This document shows positions 1 to 10,351 of a DNA stretch of 32,000 bases, one piece after another (position 1 is the first letter of the stretch; each line of letters opens with the position of its first letter). The stretch is from Desulfotalea psychrophila LSv54 (GTDB lineage: Bacteria; Desulfobacterota; Desulfobulbia; Desulfobulbales; Desulfocapsaceae). Under the pieces are notes generated by a model. That model ran no database searches, had not been told where the DNA came from, and saw only the letters and a program-made list of their open reading frames with translations. The translations under genes and the position numbers were made by a program. The stretch is taken from contig NC_006138.1 of the NCBI RefSeq assembly GCF_000025945.1, forward strand, positions 240,001 through 272,000, in the 5' to 3' direction.

Positions 1-728
1 TTATCGGAACAGGCCCCGGAGCACGCGACCATATAATCCCGGCGGCCATAGAGGCCATAGAGAGAGCCGATACCATCATCGGCTATAGCACCTATCTGGA
101 TCTGATAGAGGAACTACTGGAGGGCAAGGAGGTGATCTCCTCTTCAATGATGAAGGAGGTGGATCGCTGTCGCCTTAGCCTGGAAATGGCCGAGAGCGGC
201 AAGAGCGTAGCCCTGGTCTCCGGCGGTGATGCAGGGATCTATGCCATGGCCGGACTGGTCCTGGAGATGGCCTCCCAGAACGATTTTCAGGCCGAGATCA
301 AGATCATTCCGGGGATTGCCGCAGTCAATGCCTGTGCGGCCCGCCTTGGTGCCCCCCTGATGCATGACTTTGCCGCCATCAGCCTCTCCGACCTCCTCAC
401 CCCCTGGGAGACCATTGTGGCACGCCTTGAGGCAACAGCGTCCACCGATTTTGTGGTGGCTCTCTATAACCCCAAATCCAAACGACGCACCGCCCAGATT
501 GCCCAGGCCCGGGAGATCTTCCTCAAACACCGCGACCCTGCCAATGTGGTGGGAATTGTCACCGGGGCCACCCGGGAAAACGAGGTGATCACCCTGACCA
601 CCTTGGACAAGATGCTTGAGTGCGAAATCGGCATGCAGTCAACGGTGATCATCGGCAACAGCAAGACCTTTGTCTGGCGGGATAAGATGATTACTCCTCG
701 GGGTTATGGGGAGAAGTATCAGCTCTAG
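1..728 (+). CDS. cobJ: Precorrin-3B C17-methyltransferase (CobJ/CbiH), partial; the 5' end lies outside the window
   Basis: Frame 3 is open from the window edge and reads IGTGPGARDHIIPAAIEAIERADTIIGYSTYLDLIEELLEGKEVISSSMMKEVDRC..., continuing into the listed ORF (GTG at 132). SAM-dependent tetrapyrrole methylase features are GxGPG near the N-terminus, YSTYLDLI, VSGGDAGIYAMAG, VVALYNPKS and TSVIIGNS...MITPRGY. Confidence 0.9.
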   Translation, partial: IGTGPGARDHIIPAAIEAIERADTIIGYSTYLDLIEELLEGKEVISSSMMKEVDRCRLSLEMAESGKSVALVSGGDAGIYAMAGLVLEMASQNDFQAEIKIIPGIAAVNACAARLGAPLMHDFAAISLSDLLTPWETIVARLEATASTDFVVALYNPKSKRRTAQIAQAREIFLKHRDPANVVGIVTGATRENEVITLTTLDKMLECEIGMQSTVIIGNSKTFVWRDKMITPRGYGEKYQL

Positions 729-1302
729 AAAAAACAGCATATCCCCCTCCTCGCCTCCCCCTTTTTTCAAGGGGGAGAGGTCGGGAGGGGGTTTTCTTGG
801 CGAGGCGAGAGCTCTATAGGGGCAAGGATTTCGCGAAATAAATACTTCACCAAGAGCAAGACCTTCCAGATAATAACACCTCCATCCCCCAGCCTCCACG
901 GCCGTCCTTAAAACCTTATTGGTCTCAACCATCCTCTCAAAAGAAGTTCCTAAAGGACAAGCACAAGAAAATGCGCTGCGAGCTCCGCATTCTGGGAAAT
1001 TAATAAAACTGAGACATTGAATTATTTCATAAAACTTTTGACAAATATGAACCACGTGGAGAGTTTTCTTATCAGAAAATTACAACAATACCTTCTCAAC
1101 ATTTCAGATGAAATGCATGCAGCAATCTCTCACACAGACATTTCTGGTTTGCTCAGTAACAATCTGGTATTCTGTTAAGCCATTTATTATGGGCTGTTGT
1201 GCTTTTCACGACTGACCCTGCTTGTTCATCCCCCTTCAATGCACTTACTACACCAACTAAGCCCTTGATTAGTTGTATTATTTTCCAACGAGAGTCTTTT
1301 GT

Positions 1303-2340
1303 ATGAAACATAAAATTTTTATCATTGTTTGGCTTTTATTATTTTATTCAACCTCTTCCCATGCAAGCGAAATAGCACAAGAAATTCAAGCCGTAAACGC
1401 CGAAACTCAATTTCGACTGGGATCGCTCTACCACAAAAGCACAGCAGATTCAAAAGATCAGCAAAAGGCATTTTCCTGGTTCCAAAAGAGTGCCCGACTG
1501 GGACATGCCGGTGCCCAGTACCAACTGGCAGTCATGTATTACCAAGGTAAAGGAACTCTAAAAGACCTAAAAAAGGCATTTACCTGGCTGAAGAAGAGCG
1601 CCCAACAAGGAGATGCTTCGGCTCAATATCAACTGGGAATTATGTATTACCAGGGTAAAGGAATGATAAAAGACCCAAAGAGAGCATTTTACTGGCTTGA
1701 AAAAAGTGCCCAGCAGGGAGATGGCAATGCTCAATATCAACTGGCAGCCATGTACCACAACGGTGAGGGAACGCCAAGAAGCCCGATACAAGAACTTTCC
1801 TGGGTGGAAAAGAGTGCTCGACAAGGACACAGGGCTGCTCAATTTCGACTGGGAGTCATGTATTACAGAGGTGAGGGAACGCCAAAAGACCCGAAGAGGG
1901 CATTGCCCTGGGTAGAGAAGAGTGCCCGGCAGGGAAATGCCATGGCTCAATATCAACTGGCAGCCATGTATCACACTGGTAAGGGAACTCTAAAGGATGC
2001 TAAGAGAGCATTTTTCTGGTTCAAGAAGAGTGCACGACAGGGACATAGGGCCGCCCAATACCAACTGGGAGACATGTACTACAGGGGTGAGGGAACTCTA
2101 AAGGATCAGGAGAGGGCATTTTCCTGGGTGGAGAAGAGTGCCCGGCAAGGAGATAGGGCTGCTCAATATCAACTGGCAGTCATGTACTATCTGGGCAAGG
2201 GCACAGCAAAAGACCTGAAGAGGGCATTTTCCTGGTTTGAGAAAAGTGCCAAGCAGGGACATAGGGCTGCCCAACGTCAACTAAGAGTCATGTCTTACAA
2301 GGGTGAAGGACAAGTAACTACAGAAGATGGCGGGCTGTGA
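1303..2340 (+). CDS. Secreted Sel1-like repeat (SLR/TPR-like) protein
   Basis: The listed ORF starts at TTG 1273, but ATG 1303 begins a signal peptide (MKHKIFIIVWLLLFYSTSSHAS). It is followed by 8 full 36-aa units of the type AQYQLGVMYYxGxGTxKDxKRAFxWxEKSAxQGx plus one partial unit. Confidence 0.9.
   Translation: MKHKIFIIVWLLLFYSTSSHASEIAQEIQAVNAETQFRLGSLYHKSTADSKDQQKAFSWFQKSARLGHAGAQYQLAVMYYQGKGTLKDLKKAFTWLKKSAQQGDASAQYQLGIMYYQGKGMIKDPKRAFYWLEKSAQQGDGNAQYQLAAMYHNGEGTPRSPIQELSWVEKSARQGHRAAQFRLGVMYYRGEGTPKDPKRALPWVEKSARQGNAMAQYQLAAMYHTGKGTLKDAKRAFFWFKKSARQGHRAAQYQLGDMYYRGEGTLKDQERAFSWVEKSARQGDRAAQYQLAVMYYLGKGTAKDLKRAFSWFEKSAKQGHRAAQRQLRVMSYKGEGQVTTEDGGL
1399..2337 (+). repeat. Tandem 108-bp coding repeat (36-aa Sel1-like units), 8 full copies plus 1 partial
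   Basis: By protein coordinates, 8 x 108 bp spans 1399-2262 and a partial unit spans 2263-2337. Units are highly similar, e.g. RAAQYQLGDMYYRGEGTLKDQERAFSWVEKSARQGD and RAAQYQLAVMYYLGKGTAKDLKRAFSWFEKSAKQGH. Confidence 0.88.
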
Positions 2341-2774
2341 ACTATCAGCTATAGCAGTGGAGTAGCAGGGAGAGATACTAGATGCGAGAAAAAGCGGAGC
2401 GGCGAGCTGTCAGTTAAGGGCAAGGGCAAAAAGAAAACAGCAAAAGAAATTAACCACAGAGGTTGGGAGGACACAGAGTGTGTTGGATAAAGAGCAACAA
2501 CAAGAGGAAGAGCTAGTTAGCCACTACCCAGCGGACACAGAGATTTTTTTAGGTGAAGGGCAGCAGTGAAGCAGAGCGGCGGAGCGCATTGCCTGTATGG
2601 AAAAGATGAGAGACAGGGTGGCGGGGTGGAATGTCGGTCGAAACACTCGGTAAACAAAAGATGACTGACAATTTCACACCGATAATGCACGGGTAAAGAT
2701 GAAACGATTTTATCCGAAGACTTATCCTGTCCTAGCAATTTTTTACTCAGTCATGCATAGCATACGAATTTAGA

Positions 2775-2807
2775 AGAAAAAACGACCCATGGCTTTATTG
2801 CCATGGG
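2775..2807 (-). terminator. Rho-independent terminator of the OmpA-family gene
   Basis: The minus strand reads CCCATGGC-AATAAA-GCCATGGG followed by TCGTTTTTTC. This is an 8-bp perfect stem plus a T tract, about 25 nt after the stop codon at 2832. Confidence 0.75.
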
Positions 2808-2831
2808 CCGAGTCGGCTCTGCTGAGTGAGG

Positions 2832-3482
2832 TTATGCTTGATTTGGAGTAATTACAATCTCAACCCTTCTGTTTTGTGCATTCGATGAGGATATTGGCAA
2901 GGATTCGCCATAACCAATAGCCCTAATTCTATTACCATTAACTCCATATTGAATGAGGGCATTTTTTACTGCTCTAGCTCGTCGTTCAGAGAGTTGTTGA
3001 TTATAGGCTTCATTGCCAAGAGAATCAGTGTGCCCTGCAACTTTAATGTTGGTGTTTGGGTACTTGTTGAGAACTGTTGCAACCCTGTTGACTTCAGCCC
3101 ATCCACCCGGTTTGATTGTAAATGAGTTGGTGTCAAAAAATGTCTCACCTTTAAAGGTTGCGGTAAGAACGTCCTGATCACGGCGAACACTTGCTGCATT
3201 AGAAGCAGCAACTGCATTACGTAAATCTTGTTCTTGTTGGTCCATATAACGACCAATCTGGTTACCGGCAATGCCACCTACAGTCGCACCAATACCTGCT
3301 CCAAGCAGAGTGGCACCGGTATCGCCGCCAATAGCCTGGCCAATAATAGCGCCAACTCCAGCACCTACGCCAACTCCAATCCCCGTACCCTGCTGTTGGT
3401 TGGTTTGTCCGGCACAACCAACCAAGCTAAGTGTTAATAATATGATTAATATTCTCGATAGTTGTAACCATTTTTTACTCAT
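2832..3482 (-). CDS. OmpA-family lipoprotein with glycine-zipper region (YiaD-like)
   Basis: Lipobox LSLVGC, glycine-zipper repeats (GVGAGVGAIIGQAIGGDTGATLLGAGIGATVGGIAGNQIG) and a C-terminal OmpA peptidoglycan-binding signature (VAGHTDSLGNEAYNQQLSERRARAVKNALIQYGV...RRVEIVI). Confidence 0.9.
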   Translation of the reverse strand: MSKKWLQLSRILIILLTLSLVGCAGQTNQQQGTGIGVGVGAGVGAIIGQAIGGDTGATLLGAGIGATVGGIAGNQIGRYMDQQEQDLRNAVAASNAASVRRDQDVLTATFKGETFFDTNSFTIKPGGWAEVNRVATVLNKYPNTNIKVAGHTDSLGNEAYNQQLSERRARAVKNALIQYGVNGNRIRAIGYGESLPISSSNAQNRRVEIVITPNQA

Positions 3483-3997
3483 GAATTTCTCCTGAATGAT
3501 GTTTGAAAGATTTTATTTCCTAAGCCTTTGTATAACCATGTAAACCTCCTCCTCATATTATAAGGAACTAATATGGACTTCACAATGTTGGGGGGGATCA
3601 AACTGCATTTTAGAACTGCCAGCTATCATCTATCAGCTATCAGCTATCAGAAAAAAGTAGCAGCGGAGCGGCGGCAGTGAAGCGGAGCGGAGCGGCGGCA
3701 GTGAAGTAGCAGCGTAAAACAACGAGTGACGTCAGTGAAGTAGCAGGAAAGATGCGAGCAATGGAGTAGCGGGGAGAGAGACTGGATGCGAGATACGAGA
3801 TGCTAGAAAAAACGGAGCGGCGGATGATAGTGCAGGGCCACCTACTTTTCAGCAAGAGGAGAGCCTCCAGCTTAAGGCTGGTTGAACCTCCTCCCCCCTT
3901 CCTCCCCCTTAATTTCAAGCGGGCATAGAAGAGGGTTTCCTTAACGAAGAGTAAGAAATCAATCTGTTCCTATATTTTTTTTGTGGTTCGCGACAAG

Positions 3998-5320
3998 CTA
4001 TAGCTCCTCGAAACAGACCCTGTTGCGGCCATTCTCCTTGGCAAAGTAGAGGGCGACATCGGCACGGCAAATCATACTCGCCTCGTTATCGCCAGGATGA
4101 AAGCTGCTGACGCCAAAGGAACAGGTGACAGAACCAACCACCGGGAAATCATTTTCTTCAACGCTGACACGAATCTTATCGGCCAAGATCCCTGCCCCTT
4201 CAAGGGTGGTTTCCGCACAGATAACAAGAAACTCTTCCCCGCCCCATCTGCCAACGGTATCAACCACCCGAGTACTCTCCTTTAAGATTCGCGCTATCTC
4301 CCGAATAACCTGATCACCCACCTGGTGGCCGTGATTATCATTTACACTCTTAAACTTATCCAGATCCAGCAGGATAAGTGAAACGGATCTCTTATAACGT
4401 TGGGCCTGTTCTACCTCATAGAGGAAGACATCATCGAGCCTGAAACGGTTATAGAGGCCGGTCAGAGAATCAGTAATAGAGAACAGCTCCAGCCTGGAAG
4501 TATAGATCTCAATTTCATCCTCATAGGAGAGCATCAGCCTGCTAATCTGCCTTTCAAAAAAGACCATAACGGCAACTGAGAGAAGAAGGGCAAGGAGAGA
4601 AATAGAAAATGAATTGTTCTTATGTCTCTCATATGTCCTCCTCATCTTTCTCGTTTCACTCTCTATAAGCTGATCAACATCATCGAGATAAACACCGCTG
4701 GCAATAATCCAATCATAGGGTTTATAGAGTTTGGCAAAGGAGAGCTTATGGGCAATCTCCTCCGAATTGATCTTTTTAAAGTAGTATTCAAAATAGACCT
4801 CTCCATCCTTTTTTACACCATTGAGTTCATCTTCATAGGGGCGATTACCCCGAATATCGGTCATATTGGTGGAGACCCACGTCCCCTCCCTCTGGGGCAT
4901 ACTTGGGTGGATCTGGACTCGTCCATATCTGTCACCACCGTCATAGTTAATAATACGGTTCACCCATATATAACCATCATCGATAAGGCGCAGGTTTCGA
5001 ATATGCCTGCTAACCCGTTCTATGCAGAGAGACTCTATCTCCTCTTCGCTAAGATTTTTTCCAACATTTTGATATCTTAACTCAGCTCTCTCATCTTCGA
5101 TGAGATAGATTGTCCGCTCCACAGCATTACGCAAAAATCGTTTTTTCTCATTGATGATCCCCCCTGACAGCTGTTTTATTTTCCTGGTGTACTCTTCCCC
5201 CAGACTGCGGGTGTAGATCGAGGAGAGGAGAACGGTAACCAGAATAATTACCGACATGGAACCGACATAAAAATAGCGGAGGATTGCACTTTTTTCTATA
5301 CGTATTCTATTGGATTTCAA
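3998..5320 (-). CDS. Membrane diguanylate cyclase with periplasmic Cache-like sensor domain
   Basis: N-terminal TM, Cache-like region (VWINRIINYDGGDRYGRVQIHPSMPQREG), second TM, and a GGDEF domain (DSLTGLYNRFRLD...GRWGGEEFLVICAETT). Confidence 0.9.
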   Translation of the reverse strand: MKSNRIRIEKSAILRYFYVGSMSVIILVTVLLSSIYTRSLGEEYTRKIKQLSGGIINEKKRFLRNAVERTIYLIEDERAELRYQNVGKNLSEEEIESLCIERVSRHIRNLRLIDDGYIWVNRIINYDGGDRYGRVQIHPSMPQREGTWVSTNMTDIRGNRPYEDELNGVKKDGEVYFEYYFKKINSEEIAHKLSFAKLYKPYDWIIASGVYLDDVDQLIESETRKMRRTYERHKNNSFSISLLALLLSVAVMVFFERQISRLMLSYEDEIEIYTSRLELFSITDSLTGLYNRFRLDDVFLYEVEQAQRYKRSVSLILLDLDKFKSVNDNHGHQVGDQVIREIARILKESTRVVDTVGRWGGEEFLVICAETTLEGAGILADKIRVSVEENDFPVVGSVTCSFGVSSFHPGDNEASMICRADVALYFAKENGRNRVCFEEL

Positions 5321-5805
5321 GATCTTCCCATCTCCATTAGCCCTCTGTGCTATCAGGTTGGCCTACAGGTTTTGCAAGGAATAAACGATCAGCTAAGGGT
5401 AGGGGCTGAAGGATAAAACAACTCACCGAGGGAGCACGATACCAGATTTGTCCCCTTTGGCAAGAATAAGAAAAAGTTAACCACTGCCTGAAAGACAGAG
5501 AGGATGGCAATCTATGAAAGATAGGAGATGTGGAAGATACCAGATGCGAGATATGAAAGGTACGAGATGGTAGATGCTAGAAAAAGCACAGTGAAGCGGA
5601 GCGGAATGGCGAGCTGTCAGAAACTGCAATTTAGAGCTATACTCTCTGCTCTCCGTGGTTGAGATAAAAGGCAGCATGTTGCACTCATTGCCTGAATTCA
5701 GATATACTACTCTACAGGAGCTGGGCTGAAGGCAATGGGTACAATTTTGCTCATTATAAAGGGCACCAAAGTGCAATACTCGACGAGAGCTGATGGGAGG
5801 CAAAT

Positions 5806-6384
5806 ATGCTTAGGTACTTCTTTTTACTATTTTTTGTTTCATTAGTCGGCTGTTCAGCACCCGGCATAGAAATTACAGACAATAATAACCACATTAAGAC
5901 TCCATATTACTCAATTACAGTGCCGGCAAATAGCGGATGGCAGCAACATAACGGCGGATGGAGTCCTGATCTTTTAACCGTGTCAAAGACCATATCCAAT
6001 AATTTTTACCTGATGAGATTTAGAACCAACTGGATTGAGGATGAAGACAGGCAATCATGGACGGCAGAACGATTAGCAGATGCATACCGCGCTGATGAAC
6101 GGGCTGATATGATAAAAAAGGCTGTAATGAGGGGCCAGTTTAAAATCAATAGTGCAGTTATAGGGGAGGAGAGGATTGGATATAATAAATTCTACACCAT
6201 GAATCAGATAATCACCTCCAAGGGGATAAAACAAAATTCATTCCTCTACCTATGCTTCCCCAAGGCAAATGGCTTTTCCAGGTTTTTTATAGCATATTAT
6301 ATAGAAGAAATAGACGCAGCAAAATCATTTAAGCACGAGTTTTTAAAGACCCTGTATACTTTAAAAATGGGAAATCAACACTAA
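5806..6384 (+). CDS. Hypothetical lipoprotein
   Basis: Signal peptide and lipobox (MLRYFFLLFFVSLVGCSAPG), 192 aa, with coding-like composition. No family recognised. Confidence 0.6.
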   Translation: MLRYFFLLFFVSLVGCSAPGIEITDNNNHIKTPYYSITVPANSGWQQHNGGWSPDLLTVSKTISNNFYLMRFRTNWIEDEDRQSWTAERLADAYRADERADMIKKAVMRGQFKINSAVIGEERIGYNKFYTMNQIITSKGIKQNSFLYLCFPKANGFSRFFIAYYIEEIDAAKSFKHEFLKTLYTLKMGNQH

Positions 6385-6698
6385 GGCAGAAGATACGAGA
6401 TGCGAGGGCAACAACAAGTTAACCACAGAGAATGAGAGAACAGAGAGGAAAAAACATTTAAGGTAAAGGACTGAAAAAAGCTCCCCACCACTATGCTTGG
6501 AGCAAAATAGAAGGGCAGGGGCTGGGTACTTGCCGATCAGTTTAGTGGCTTCACGGCTTTTTAATTCATTGTCTCTGTGTGCTTGGTGGCAGTGGTTGAG
6601 GGTAGTTAAGGTAGCCGAGCAGCAGTGGAGTAGTAGTGAGCGACAGCGAGTAGCGTCAGCAGCGGAGCGGCGAGCGGAATGGCGAAATCAAGACAGAA

Positions 6699-7811
6699 CT
6701 AGTCAAAGATCATGACCAGATAGGCGCAAAAGAGTATCAGGTGAACCATGCCGTGAATGATATTTGTCTTACTGCTGGAAAAGGTCATTATTGACACAGC
6801 CAAGGTGCTTACCAGTAGAACCGATTCTACCGGCTCAAGGCCGAGTATTAACCTGTTACCGGTGTACAGACTGATCAGCAAAACTGCCGGCACGGTCAGA
6901 CCGATTGTGGCAAGGGCAGAGCCAAGACAGATATTGACAGAACGCTGGAGCCTGTCAGAGACAGCGGCCTTAATGGCAGCGACACCTTCAGGGGCAAGAA
7001 CTAAAACGGCAATGAGTACCCCACCAAGGGCCACAGGAAAGTCGAGGGCAGCGATTGTATAGTCGATAATTCCGGCCATCCTCTTGGAGAGGAGAACAAT
7101 GGGTAACATAGTAAAAAGCAGGAGAAAGACATGATAGGTCACCGAGCGAACGGTGAGCATACCATGGCCATGCCCCTCCTCAAGGTCATCGCCGGATATC
7201 CTGAAAAAGCCCTGATGGCGCATGGTCTGGATGGCAAGAAAGGTGCCATAGAGGGCAACAGAAGCCAGGATGCCGAATATCATCTGCAGGGTGGAGTAGG
7301 TCCCAGCCTCTGTTGAAATGGTAAAGTTGGGCAGAAATAAGCTGAACACGGCAAGCGGAATCAGGACAACAAGAAATGTATTGGCTCCCTGCAGGTTATG
7401 CGCCTGCTCCAGATGACGGAGACCTCCGCAAAACAAGGAAATGCCAATCAGACCGTTGAGCACTATCATCAACACGGCAAACATCATGTCACGACCAAGG
7501 GTCGGGTTTTGGCTTCCGGTCAACATAACGGCTGTGATCATCACCACCTCAATGCTGATTACCGCAATGGTCAGAATGAGGGTGCCGTAGGGTTCACCAA
7601 GCCTGATAGCCAGACAGTCCGCATGCCTTACCACCCCAAAGGAGAGCCAGAGCATGGTAAGGAAGAGCCAGCAAAAGAGGAGTGTCGGCAAAATCGTCCC
7701 AAACAGGTTTGTCAGCCAGCCCCGGCCAAAAGCCAGAAAGCAGACAAGGGTAAGCAGACCGAAGAGGAGACCAGCCTCCTCCTTTACCAGCACAGCCATG
7801 GCTCGTCTCAT
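6699..7811 (-). CDS. chaA: Ca2+/H+ antiporter (CaCA superfamily, ChaA-like)
   Basis: Multiple TM helices with CaCA signatures EPYGTLILTIAVISIEVVMITAVML, RDMMFAVLMIVLNGLIGISLF and LVLAPEGVAAIKAAVSDRLQRSVNICLGSALATIGLTVPAVL. Confidence 0.88.
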   Translation of the reverse strand: MRRAMAVLVKEEAGLLFGLLTLVCFLAFGRGWLTNLFGTILPTLLFCWLFLTMLWLSFGVVRHADCLAIRLGEPYGTLILTIAVISIEVVMITAVMLTGSQNPTLGRDMMFAVLMIVLNGLIGISLFCGGLRHLEQAHNLQGANTFLVVLIPLAVFSLFLPNFTISTEAGTYSTLQMIFGILASVALYGTFLAIQTMRHQGFFRISGDDLEEGHGHGMLTVRSVTYHVFLLLFTMLPIVLLSKRMAGIIDYTIAALDFPVALGGVLIAVLVLAPEGVAAIKAAVSDRLQRSVNICLGSALATIGLTVPAVLLISLYTGNRLILGLEPVESVLLVSTLAVSIMTFSSSKTNIIHGMVHLILFCAYLVMIFD

Positions 7812-8240
7812 CCTATCCCTCCCTCTTTTTTATACAGATAGATGCATCCTCTTTATCAGAATATCAGGACTGGACAAAAAAAAGCAAAAGCTAAACAACA
7901 AAATTTAACCACTGCTTGGCGAACACAGAGCTTCTTTGGCTAAAGAGCAGCAGTGAAACGGAGCGGAGTGGCAAGGGCAAATTAGCCATAGCGATTTTTG
8001 GAGAAAAAGCGGCCTTGTTGCATAGATAATTTCAAGAGCCTGGAAGCAATGCTCTGTAACATCTCCCCAGGGCTGCCAAAACTTTATTCAGAAAAAATTG
8101 TATGCAACCAGGCCATGAAAAAGTGACAGGTAGAGCCAAAGCCAAGACGTTTTTGAGATGATTTGCTCTTATTCAATCAAGCCAATAGCCCGCTATATCT
8201 TTGACTTATTTTGGTCGGCCCTTTCTCTGTAACACTTTCA

Positions 8241-9479
8241 TTATTCATCTGATTGAATTTTATTTAAAATTCCCAATTGTTGGCCCTGGCTTATTTTTAA
8301 GCCTGGAAAGACATTGGGTTCAAACAAAAGAATGACGAGAGAGCCTCCGTAAGCAAAATACCCCAGTCTTTGACCTTTTTTTACAATCTTAGCAGGAGAT
8401 TTTTTAGGAATGTCTGCAAATCCAGAAGCGAAATTAATCGAATTAACATCATCCAGCCCCACGGAAATCATACCCACAAGACCGTATTTCTCCGTTTGTA
8501 TTATATAATAGCCGCGATGGTATGTTCCAAAAACTCCAAACTTCGTTTTATTGCCGCCAAAATTACCGTTGTTAAAAAAGGAATCAACATCTCCAGCCAA
8601 ACCAAAAGAAGTTCCATCAACAGATCTCGACTCTATGACAGTCCCTCCCACAGGAGCATGATAACGATGGTAGACCGTGGGCAAGAGCACACAAGAAATA
8701 GCTGTGCCACCACTGAATGTATCGGCATACTTCGATCCGTCCAAAAGTTCTCTGACATTCAGATTCTCTGAATACTTGGTGCTGATTTTTGTTGTGGCGG
8801 AGAGGTTAAAATTGATGGCATTAACCACACTATCGGCAGGGGCCACAAGAATTGTATCATCTCCGAAAACAGGCCTCTTCTCCGCTTTGATTTTCCGTAT
8901 AAAAAATTGGTTAAATGAGGTAAAACCACCTTCAGGAATCACATAATCATTCCAATGGGAGCCCAAAAATTCTTTCCATTTCTGAATGATTTCTGGTTTG
9001 ACAGGACCATCCATCTTTTCCCCACGCGCTTTAGTAAAATCTCTTGTCCAGCTTAACCATGGTTCAGTCCTGACAAATTGGAGGGCGTAATTGTTGTTGT
9101 AGCATAAATCGTAAAACAGTTGATAATTGTCAAATCCGTCATTTTGCGGTGTCGGCGTAAAATTCAGCCAACCTTCAAAAAAATCAAGAAGATCATTAAC
9201 TGATTTACCATTCCAACAAAACGGTTTCCCCGTTACGGGTGATACAGAGCACTGCCCTGTGGCTGGGGTAATGGCAACGGCCAAAGCTTTGTCCAAAACT
9301 TCCGGATTTGCCTCATAGAGGACCAACAATTTTTGGACAACCGGCGAATACTTGGCTTCTGCAAATGCATCATTGTTAAAACTTGAAAAGCTGACTGTAA
9401 ACAACAAGAAAAATAAAATTCCGAACAGGGCCCTGTGCCCAAGGACAACCCTCTCTTTTTTTTTGAAAAGCATCTTCAT
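8241..9479 (-). CDS. Phosphatidylserine decarboxylase-family protein with an N-terminal signal or TM segment
   Basis: PSD-family features: FNQFFIRKIKAEKRPV, APADSVVNAI, LLPTVYHRYHAPVGGTVIES, and YFAYGGSLVILLFEP as the position of the processing motif. The N-terminus has a hydrophobic segment (ALFGILFFLLFTVSFSSF). Confidence 0.82.
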   Translation of the reverse strand: MKMLFKKKERVVLGHRALFGILFFLLFTVSFSSFNNDAFAEAKYSPVVQKLLVLYEANPEVLDKALAVAITPATGQCSVSPVTGKPFCWNGKSVNDLLDFFEGWLNFTPTPQNDGFDNYQLFYDLCYNNNYALQFVRTEPWLSWTRDFTKARGEKMDGPVKPEIIQKWKEFLGSHWNDYVIPEGGFTSFNQFFIRKIKAEKRPVFGDDTILVAPADSVVNAINFNLSATTKISTKYSENLNVRELLDGSKYADTFSGGTAISCVLLPTVYHRYHAPVGGTVIESRSVDGTSFGLAGDVDSFFNNGNFGGNKTKFGVFGTYHRGYYIIQTEKYGLVGMISVGLDDVNSINFASGFADIPKKSPAKIVKKGQRLGYFAYGGSLVILLFEPNVFPGLKISQGQQLGILNKIQSDE

Positions 9480-9875
9480 CTCCTCTTAGCATGCCACCGT
9501 CATTACACGCGTTTTAAAATTTTTTATGCTAATTAGCCCAACTACTTATCCATATCACCGGCTTACCCTTGTCCATTTTGGTTGTTAAATATCTCTTCCA
9601 GTCTTCTATATCGCTCTTTTTCATCCCGTAAAATGAAACCTCAAAAGCAGAGCGTTTTCAACTTTTTATCGTGACCAGACCCTCTTTTTCATATTTGCAA
9701 GAGCGGCAGTCTCTCAATAACCGTTAGAAAAATATCCCCGCCCGAAAGTTTCTGAAGAAAATATATTGCCTAGTCAAGCAAGATTTTCGCCTACCTTCCT
9801 TATAAAATTCTGGCCAATTTGCGCTTTTTTCCATACACTTTCCCATACATAATTAAATATTTTCTGTGAGTTACA

Positions 9876-9896
9876 AGACCCACCAATGGTGGGTCT
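9876..9896. repeat. Perfect 9-bp hairpin AGACCCACC-AAT-GGTGGGTCT
   Basis: Read directly from the sequence. No T tract follows, so it is not an obvious terminator. Confidence 0.6.
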
Positions 9897-10351
9897 AGAC
9901 CACAAGAGCCATAAATTGATCTATAAGAATAGGAAGTTTTGAATCATGTAGAGTCATCTCTAGATAAAAAACTGTATCATGGATAAAAAAACGTTGTCAA
10001 ACGTATGTTCAACTTAAACATAAGACCAGGGAAGAGAATAAGTATTTACTATTAAATTTAAGCACTTACTCTACTCACAGCAGAATAAAGACCTCTGACC
10101 ACGACCATTAAGTTATTATAAAGCCAACCACTTACATAGTGGATGATTTTTTTCCAGGCAAGCGGCCCGGCAGCCAGCTACTAAAGAGTAGCAGAATCCC
10201 ACAGCGCAAAAATATGATTTTTGCAGAAAAACGGGGCAAATTTATTGAAATCATGTTCATTGAATAAGTGTATGAGATACCCAATTGATAGCGTCTTCAG
10301 CGGGATGCCAGTCGGCATTTAACGTGAATATAGGAGTTAACAGAGAGAAAA

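Noticed and set aside
144-530. Antisense ORF opposite cobJ
   Set aside because: It overlaps a well supported methyltransferase gene and is likely a shadow ORF.
639-1055. ORF of 138 aa after cobJ
   Set aside because: It crosses the end of cobJ in antisense, contains translated repeat element (PPRKPPPDLSPLKKGGGEEG), and has no recognisable domain.
1399-2337. Regular ~108-bp repeats considered as non-coding repeat or CRISPR-like
   Set aside because: The repeats are in-frame coding units of a Sel1-like protein with a signal peptide.
7398-7908. ORFs of 147 and 84 aa antisense to chaA (His/Gln/Lys-rich)
   Set aside because: Shadow translation of a TM-rich gene, with no independent support.
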